Below are positions 57,814 through 64,000 of a stretch of DNA of 64,000 bases, piece after piece (position 1 is the stretch's first letter; every line of letters begins with the position of its first letter). Origin of the DNA: Muribaculum sp. (GTDB lineage Bacteria > Bacillota > Clostridia > Lachnospirales > Lachnospiraceae); the NCBI GenBank assembly GCA_023663505.1, contig JAMPHH010000011.1:1747-65746 (forward strand). The letters are read 5' to 3'. Made by a program: the position numbers and the translations under genes. The notes under the pieces were generated by a model. That model made no database searches, was not told the DNA's origin, and was given only the letters and a program-made list of their open reading frames with translations.

Positions 57814-58794
57814 ATGGCTAAGGCAGAGGGGCAGAAGCTTAAGATATTGTATATATTGCAGATGCTTGAGGAGTACACGGACGAAGCGCACCCTATGACT
57901 ACTGCGGAGATTATCAGCCGCTTGGAGGCGGAAGGAATCGCCTGTGAGCGCAAGACGGTTTACAGCGATATTGCCAGATTGGTAGATTTTGGCTATGATA
58001 TCATCACGGTTTCCAACCGCAGGGGCGGGGGATACTATCTGGCGAGCAGGGACTTTGAGCTGGCGGAGCTAAAGCTGTTGGTTGATGTGGTGCAGTCCGC
58101 GCGTTTTATCACCTCGAGGAAATCGAGGGAGCTGATCAAGAAATTTGAGAAAATGGCGGGAAAGCATGACGCGGGCAAGCTGCAGCGTCAGGTCTATGTG
58201 GTGGGACGCATCAAGACGGAGAATGAGAGTATTTATTATAATGTAGACAATATACACAGGGCGATTCAGGAGGACAGGCAGCTTACCTTCACATATCTGG
58301 AATGGAATCTGGAGAAAAGACTGGTTCCCCGTGGCGGGAGACGAACTGTCAGCCCTTGGGCTTTGATCTGGCGGGAGGAGAATTATTATCTGGCGGCAAT
58401 AGACGCGCGGGACGGCGTGTTAAAGCATTACCGCGTGGACAAGATGGGAAGCGTGGAGGTGTCAAAGGAGAAGCGTGAGGGCTTGGACAAGCTCGACAGG
58501 CTTGGGCTGACTGACTATACCAACCAGACCTTCGGAATGTTCAGCGGCGAGGAGGAGACGGTGACATTATGCTTTCCCAACAGACTGGTGGGCGTGGTGC
58601 TCGACCGCTTTGGCAGGGAGGCGGACATACGCCCCATGGGTGACGAAAGCTTTCGGGTTCGGGTCAAGGTGGCGGTCAGCGGACAATTCTTCGGGTGGCT
58701 TGCGGGAATCGGGTCGGAGGCGGAGGTCGTTTCGCCCGAGCGGGTCAGGGAGCAATACAGGGAGTGGCTCGCGGGGATTTTAGAGAGATATTGA
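57814..58794 (+). CDS. HTH-WYL-WCX domain transcriptional regulator
   Basis: N-terminal wHTH (ERKTVYSDI), VSPWALIW..ENYYL, HYRVDKM, FFGWL. Confidence 0.9.
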   Translation: MAKAEGQKLKILYILQMLEEYTDEAHPMTTAEIISRLEAEGIACERKTVYSDIARLVDFGYDIITVSNRRGGGYYLASRDFELAELKLLVDVVQSARFITSRKSRELIKKFEKMAGKHDAGKLQRQVYVVGRIKTENESIYYNVDNIHRAIQEDRQLTFTYLEWNLEKRLVPRGGRRTVSPWALIWREENYYLAAIDARDGVLKHYRVDKMGSVEVSKEKREGLDKLDRLGLTDYTNQTFGMFSGEEETVTLCFPNRLVGVVLDRFGREADIRPMGDESFRVRVKVAVSGQFFGWLAGIGSEAEVVSPERVREQYREWLAGILERY

Positions 58795-58829
58795 ACAGAT
58801 TTAAATAGCTGTAAAGGAGTGTAGGAAAG

Positions 58830-60020
58830 ATGCAGATAAGAGTGTCAAAGCGCATGGAGGGTTTTGAGGAGGGAATCTTTCAGGTGTTAAATGAGAAAAA
58901 GCAGGAGGTGGAGGAAGGCGGCGGAAAGGTATACAATTTCTCCGTGGGAACGCCGGATTTTCAGCCTGCAAAGCATATCATGGACGCTGTCGCGGGCGCG
59001 GCGTCAAAGCCTGAGAATTATAAATATGCGCTGCGGGATCTGCCTGAGTTGATCGACGCGGCGATTGCGAGATATCGGACCCGTTACGGGGTGGAGCTGA
59101 AATCTTCAGAGATCATGAGTGTCTACGGTTCTCAGGAGGGTATCGCGCATCTGGGCTTAAGTCTGGTGGACGAGGGGGACATTGTACTGGTGCCTGACCC
59201 CGGCTATCCGATCTTTGCCATAGGACCTGCTCTTGCGGGGGCGAAGCTGGTCAATTATGAGCTGCTTGGGGAGAATGATTATCTGCCCGATTTGGACAGG
59301 ATCGCGTCCATGTATGGGAAGAACGCGGGCGAGGGGCAGAGGGCGAAGCTGATGATCGTATCCTACCCCTTGAATCCTATCTGCAAAGCCGCGCCGGATT
59401 CCTTTTATGAAAGGCTGATTCCATGGGCAGTCGAGAACGAGATACTGATCGTTCATGACAATGCCTATTCGGATATCATATATGACGGCAGGGTGGGACG
59501 TTCCATTCTGTCATTTCAGGGGGCAAAGGAGGCTGCGGTGGAGTTCTATTCCTTGTCCAAATCCTTTAATTACACGGGGGCGAGAATGGGCTTCTTGGCG
59601 GGCAACGAGACCGTGATACAGAACTTTAAGAAGCTGCGTTCCCAGATTGATTACGGAACCTTCCTTCCGGTGCAGTACGGCGCGATCGCGGCGCTCACGG
59701 GACCTGACGATATGGTGAGAGCCCAGTGTGCGGAATACGAGAAGCGACGCAATGCGCTGTGTGACGGCTTTACGGAGCTTGGGTGGGAATTTGAGCGCAG
59801 TCAGGGCACGATGTTTGCATGGGCAAGGATTCCCGAGCGTTTTGGCGGGGACGATGTGAAATTCGTGATGGAGCTGTTGGAGAAGACGGGCGTGCTCTGT
59901 ACCCCCGGCAGCAGCTTTGGAGAGCTTGGAAAGGGGCATGTGCGTTTTGCTCTGGTGCTTCCCGTGGAGACGATCAGGCAGGCACTCGACAAGGTGTGTC
60001 AGAGCGGCATACTTGCATAG
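58830..60020 (+). CDS. PLP-dependent class I/II aminotransferase (LL-DAP aminotransferase-like)
   Basis: GTPDF, GSQEG, PDPGYP, YPLNP, DNAYSDI, SLSKSFNYTGARMG. Confidence 0.88.
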   Translation: MQIRVSKRMEGFEEGIFQVLNEKKQEVEEGGGKVYNFSVGTPDFQPAKHIMDAVAGAASKPENYKYALRDLPELIDAAIARYRTRYGVELKSSEIMSVYGSQEGIAHLGLSLVDEGDIVLVPDPGYPIFAIGPALAGAKLVNYELLGENDYLPDLDRIASMYGKNAGEGQRAKLMIVSYPLNPICKAAPDSFYERLIPWAVENEILIVHDNAYSDIIYDGRVGRSILSFQGAKEAAVEFYSLSKSFNYTGARMGFLAGNETVIQNFKKLRSQIDYGTFLPVQYGAIAALTGPDDMVRAQCAEYEKRRNALCDGFTELGWEFERSQGTMFAWARIPERFGGDDVKFVMELLEKTGVLCTPGSSFGELGKGHVRFALVLPVETIRQALDKVCQSGILA

Positions 60021-60037
60021 TCAAGAGCAAAATTATG

Positions 60038-60069
60038 AAAAGGTGTCTAAAATTAGGACGCCTTTTTTG
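60038..60069 (+). terminator. Rho-independent terminator
   Basis: AAAAGGTGTCT...GGACGCCTTTT followed by T-rich tail. Confidence 0.65.
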
Positions 60070-60093
60070 TTACTTTTTTATGCTCGCGGATTG

Positions 60094-60180
60094 TTGACAA
60101 TCCGATGATTCTTTCTTATACTGATACATAAGCGACTCAATATATTGTTTTCGGAGAATAAATAACACTATATATTGTAT
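60094..60180 (+). promoter_or_regulatory. nrdD SigA promoter with tandem NrdR boxes
   Basis: TTGACA-N17-TATACT (60094-60122); ACTCAATATATTGTTT (60135-60150) and ACACTATATATTGTAT (60165-60180) match acaCwAtATaTwGtgt. Confidence 0.85.
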
Positions 60181-60284
60181 CTTTGCCGAGAGAAGCCTGT
60201 TCGAGTAAAGCATTTGGACTACAAGCGGGTTTGCCTGCCTTTTGGCTTCGACGGGAGAGACTATCAGTAGGGAAGGGAAGGAAT

Positions 60285-62474
60285 ATGAGCAGTAATTTTG
60301 ACCAGACAACCACGGCAGATGTCAATTTTGGAGCGGAGTACAAGCCTGAGCGTACCGTCTATATGATCAAGAAGGACGGCAGCAAGGAGGCGTTCAATGT
60401 ACAGAAGGTGATCAATGCCGTGGGCAAGAGCGCGTATAGGGCGCTGACCAAGTTCACCGAGGAGGAGGAGCGCAGCATATGCCAATTTGTGGTGGACAAG
60501 GTCAATGAGTTAGATGTGGACGAGATTCCCATTCCCATCATGCACAATATCGTGGAGAGCGCGTTGGAGCAGGTGAAGCCCGTGGTGGCGAAAAGCTATC
60601 GCGATTACCGCAATTACAAGCAGGATTTCGTGCGTATGCTCGACGATGTGTACAAGAAAAGCCAGTCGATCATGTATATCGGGGACAAGGAGAATGCTAA
60701 CACGGATTCCGCGTTGGTCTCCACCAAGAGAAGCCTGATCTTTAACCAGCTTAACAAGGAGCTGTACCAGAAATTCTTCCTGACGACGGAGGAGATTCAG
60801 GCGTGCAGGGACGGCTATATTTATGTTCATGATATGTCCGCCAGACGAGACACCATGAACTGCTGTCTGTTCGACGTGCAGAACGTTCTCACGGGCGGCT
60901 TTGAGATGGGGAATATCTGGTATAATGAGCCCAAGTCCTTAGATGTGGCATTTGACGTTATCGGGGATATCGTTTTGAGTGCGGCGAGCCAACAGTACGG
61001 CGGTTTTACCGTGCCAAGCGTGGATTTGATATTAGAGCCCTACGCGGAGAAGTCCTACAAGCGCAATATTGAGAAATACACTAAGTTAGGCGTGGACGAG
61101 GACACTGCGCAGGCAGAGGCGTATGCGGACGTGGTGCGGGAGTTCGAGCAGGGCTTCCAAGGGTGGGAGTACAAGTTCAACACGGTTGCTTCCAGTCGCG
61201 GGGACTATCCCTTTATCACCGTCACGGCGGGCACGGGCACGGGGAGATTTGCCAAGCTTGCGACCATCACGATGCTGAATGTCCGCAGAAAGGGACAGGG
61301 CAAGAAGGATCACAAGAAGCCCGTTTTGTTTCCAAAGATCGTATTTTTGTATGATGAGAATCTTCACGGTCCCGGCAAGGAATTGGAGGACGTGTTCGAG
61401 GCGGGCGTGGAGTGCTCCGCCAAGACCATGTATCCCGACTGGCTCAGTCTCACGGGCAAGGGCTATGTGGCGAGCATGTATAAGCAATACGGCAAGATCG
61501 TCTCTCCCATGGGCTGTCGTGCTTTTCTGTCTCCTTGGTATGAGAGGGGCGGCATGCACCCGGCAGATGAGAATGATTCCCCGATTTTTGTAGGGCGTTT
61601 CAATATAGGCGCGGTCTCTCTGCACCTGCCCATGATATTGGCGAAGGCGCGCAAGGAGAGCAGGGATTTTTACGAGGTTTTGGATTATTACCTGAATCTG
61701 ATCCGTCAGCTTCATATTCGAACCTATGCGTATCTGGGGGAGATGCGGGCGTCCACCAACCCGCTTGCCTACTGTGAGGGCGGGTTCTTGGGAGGGAATC
61801 TGAAGCTTAGCGACAAGATCAAGCCCTTGCTCAAGGCAGCCACTGCAAGCTTTGGCATCACGGCGTTAAACGAGCTGCAGGAGCTCTACAATGGCAAATC
61901 CTTGGTGGAGGACGGCGCATTTGCCCTCGAGGTGATGGAGCATATCAACCAGAAGATTTCGGAATATAAGGAGGCAGATGGCAATCTTTACGCGATCTAC
62001 GGCACTCCCGCGGAGAATCTCTGCGGGCTGCAGGTGAAACAATTCCGCAAGAAATACGGTATCGTGGAAGGGGTGTCTGACAGAGAATATGTGTCCAACA
62101 GCTTCCACTGTCATGTGACAGAGGACATTACGCCCATCGAGAAACAGGATTTGGAGGAGCGTTTCTGGGATCTCTCCAACGGCGGCAAGATTCAATATGT
62201 GAAGTATCCGATTGATTATAATATCGAGGCAGTGAAAACCCTGATTCGCAGGGCTATGGACATGGGATTCTATGAAGGGGTCAATCTTTCCCTCGCCTAC
62301 TGTGACGATTGTGGGCATCAGGAGTTGGAGATGGATGTGTGTCCCAAGTGCGGCAGCCGCAATCTGACCAAGATCGACAGGATGAACGGCTATCTGTCCT
62401 ACTCCCGCGTACATGGCGACACGCGCCTGAATGACGCTAAGATGGCTGAGATTGCCGAAAGGAAGAGTATGTAG
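60285..62474 (+). CDS. nrdD: Anaerobic (class III) ribonucleoside-triphosphate reductase with an ATP cone
   Basis: IKKDG ATP cone, YVHD, NCCL, MGCR, TPAENLC, CDDC..CPKC, RMNGYL glycyl-radical motif. Confidence 0.96.
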   Translation: MSSNFDQTTTADVNFGAEYKPERTVYMIKKDGSKEAFNVQKVINAVGKSAYRALTKFTEEEERSICQFVVDKVNELDVDEIPIPIMHNIVESALEQVKPVVAKSYRDYRNYKQDFVRMLDDVYKKSQSIMYIGDKENANTDSALVSTKRSLIFNQLNKELYQKFFLTTEEIQACRDGYIYVHDMSARRDTMNCCLFDVQNVLTGGFEMGNIWYNEPKSLDVAFDVIGDIVLSAASQQYGGFTVPSVDLILEPYAEKSYKRNIEKYTKLGVDEDTAQAEAYADVVREFEQGFQGWEYKFNTVASSRGDYPFITVTAGTGTGRFAKLATITMLNVRRKGQGKKDHKKPVLFPKIVFLYDENLHGPGKELEDVFEAGVECSAKTMYPDWLSLTGKGYVASMYKQYGKIVSPMGCRAFLSPWYERGGMHPADENDSPIFVGRFNIGAVSLHLPMILAKARKESRDFYEVLDYYLNLIRQLHIRTYAYLGEMRASTNPLAYCEGGFLGGNLKLSDKIKPLLKAATASFGITALNELQELYNGKSLVEDGAFALEVMEHINQKISEYKEADGNLYAIYGTPAENLCGLQVKQFRKKYGIVEGVSDREYVSNSFHCHVTEDITPIEKQDLEERFWDLSNGGKIQYVKYPIDYNIEAVKTLIRRAMDMGFYEGVNLSLAYCDDCGHQELEMDVCPKCGSRNLTKIDRMNGYLSYSRVHGDTRLNDAKMAEIAERKSM

Positions 62475-62476
62475 GG

Positions 62477-63049
62477 ATGAGATATCATAACATAACAAAA
62501 GATGATATGCTAAACGGCGACGGATTGCGCGTGGTGCTTTGGGTTGCCGGCTGCAATCACTGCTGTAAGGACTGCCACAATCCCGTCACATGGGATCCTG
62601 ACGGCGGGCTGCTCTTTGACGAGGCGGCAAAGCAGGAGATTTATGAACAATTAGACCATTCGTATATCTCAGGCATCACCTTTTCGGGCGGAGACCCGCT
62701 GCACCCGTCCAATCGGTTAGATGTGCGCAATTTCATGTCCGAGATCAAAGCCAAATACCCTGATAAGACGATTTGGTTATACACGGGAGATGTCTGGGAG
62801 AATATACTTTATTATCCCATGATGCAGTATATAGATGTGGTGGTGGACGGTGAGTTCCATGCGGAGGAGAAGGACGCGAAGCTTCTTTGGAAGGGGAGCA
62901 GGAATCAGCGGGTGATTGACGTGAAGCGCACCATGAAGCAGTCAGACCCGCTCATTCCGATATTGCACAGCAGGGATTACGCTGACGAGAAGGAGCGGTT
63001 TGTCCCGCACCCCACCGCCAGTGCGCAGGTCACGTCATGCGTGCTCTAG
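62477..63049 (+). CDS. nrdG: Anaerobic RNR activating radical SAM protein
   Basis: NGDGLRVVLWVAGCNHCCKDCHN (CxxxCxxC), SGGDP, VDG.F, GS.NQRVID. Confidence 0.95.
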   Translation: MRYHNITKDDMLNGDGLRVVLWVAGCNHCCKDCHNPVTWDPDGGLLFDEAAKQEIYEQLDHSYISGITFSGGDPLHPSNRLDVRNFMSEIKAKYPDKTIWLYTGDVWENILYYPMMQYIDVVVDGEFHAEEKDAKLLWKGSRNQRVIDVKRTMKQSDPLIPILHSRDYADEKERFVPHPTASAQVTSCVL

Positions 63050-63162
63050 TGCGCAGAGCTACATATGGAACTTAGCTGCTTTACAGCATGCGGATCGCAC
63101 GGCGAGTAGAGGGAAGCTTCCTTACTCGATGCTTGTACCACATATTGATATGGAGGAGAGAT

Positions 63163-63678
63163 ATGCGCAGGATTGCTCAATTTTTTAAGGTGAGTCCCGA
63201 GAACTTCATGAATGCCATGAGGGAGGATTTTCCCCAATATACGGAGGCTGATATCTGCGATATGTACGAGAGTCTTGAACTGCCAAGACGCGCCACCAAG
63301 GGGAGCGCGGGCTATGACTTCCATGCGCCCTTTGCCTTCTCGCTGCCGCCCGGGGCAACCATCAAGATTCCCACGGGTATCCGCGTGAAAATGGAGGAGG
63401 ACTGGGTGTTGAAGCTCTATCCCCGCAGCGGTCTTGGCTTCAAATTCCGCCTGCAGATGAATAACACGGTGGGGATCATAGACAGCGATTATTTTAACTC
63501 TGACAATGAGGGGCATATTTTCGTGAAGCTCACGAATGACTCCAATGAGGGCAGAACCGTGGACGTGACGGCGGGCATGGGAATCGTGCAGGGGATTTTC
63601 CTCGAATATGGCATCACCGTTGATGACGAGGCGGACGGCGTGAGAAACGGCGGCTTTGGGAGTACCACGAGGGAGTAG
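63163..63678 (+). CDS. dut: dUTP diphosphatase
   Basis: RATKGSAGYD, PRSGLG, GIIDSDY, RNGGFGST. Confidence 0.94.
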   Translation: MRRIAQFFKVSPENFMNAMREDFPQYTEADICDMYESLELPRRATKGSAGYDFHAPFAFSLPPGATIKIPTGIRVKMEEDWVLKLYPRSGLGFKFRLQMNNTVGIIDSDYFNSDNEGHIFVKLTNDSNEGRTVDVTAGMGIVQGIFLEYGITVDDEADGVRNGGFGSTTRE

Positions 63679-63697
63679 TCCGCGGCAAGTATCATAA

Positions 63698-63727
63698 GTA
63701 TAATTTTAAACCTTCCGGGTGACACTA
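63698..63727 (+). promoter_or_regulatory. Putative SigF/SigG forespore promoter
   Basis: GTATA-N15-GGTGACACTA matches GYATA-N15-GGnnAnAHTR. Confidence 0.55.
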
Positions 63728-63762
63728 GACGTAGTATATAGTGCCGCGACGGGAGGTTTTTT

Positions 63763-64000
63763 ATGAGGAAAATATCCGAGAATTTGCAGGAAAACATGGA
63801 TTATATGGACAGACTGCTGGGGGTGGAGCACAATTTTGACGTGGTGCACAGAACCATGAGCATCGGAGACAAGAATGCGTGTATGTACCTTATTGACGGC
63901 TTCTGTAAGGACGACCTGATACAGAAAATCCTACAATACTTTATGGATATGAAGCCAGAGGACGTGCCGAAGGACGCGGAGACCTTGGTGAAGCAGTATA
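63763..64000 (+). CDS. 5' part of a GerA/SpoVAF-family spore germination protein, truncated at the window edge
   Basis: RBS GGGAGG; MRKISENLQEN...NFDVVHR...YLIDGFCKDD; not in the ORF track; forespore-type promoter upstream. Confidence 0.75.
   Translation, partial: MRKISENLQENMDYMDRLLGVEHNFDVVHRTMSIGDKNACMYLIDGFCKDDLIQKILQYFMDMKPEDVPKDAETLVKQY

Noticed and set aside
57814..58794. WYL gene as a marker of an anti-phage defence island
   Set aside because: Its neighbours are metabolic housekeeping genes; no defence genes are adjacent.
60285..62474. Intron or intein in nrdD
   Set aside because: Continuous ORF of ordinary length with no splice-junction or homing-endonuclease motifs.

Overview
64-kb chromosomal window from an anaerobic, spore-forming Firmicute. 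Gene content and repeat families suggest Clostridia, Lachnospiraceae-like (inference). Most of it is housekeeping and sporulation genes: sigG, ylmC, nrdR, spoVB-like, mnmA, gap-pgk-tpiA, rplS-lepB-rbgA-lepB-rnhB-FliK-like/FlhB-like-yraN-pgeF, an OmpR/HK pair, prs, der-plsY-gpsA, T-box tyrS, spoIVA, nucleoside salvage genes, nrdDG-dut and the start of a GerA/SpoVAF gene. About 18.7 kb separates gpsA from spoIVA. That stretch holds the most unusual feature: a co-oriented cluster encoding a CooC/AcsF-type Ni-insertion ATPase, a two-subunit 2-hydroxyacyl-CoA dehydratase/benzoyl-CoA-reductase-family enzyme with its ATP-dependent activase, a small membrane protein, a truncated acetyl-CoA-synthase-like Cys-rich protein, and a MoxR/VWA (CoxD/CoxE-like) chaperone pair split by a hybrid kinase/receiver pair. 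No CODH or full-length ACS gene is present in the window. Other observations: a signal peptidase I paralogue with its catalytic Ser read as Ala, at least four families of palindromic intergenic repeats (one flanking spoIVA on both sides), a hairpin inserted in frame in a PD-(D/E)XK protein, and an 11-bp-period TATCTTTTGA array. No rRNA, tRNA, CRISPR array, transposase or integrase was recognised. All family assignments come from recalled motifs, not database searches.
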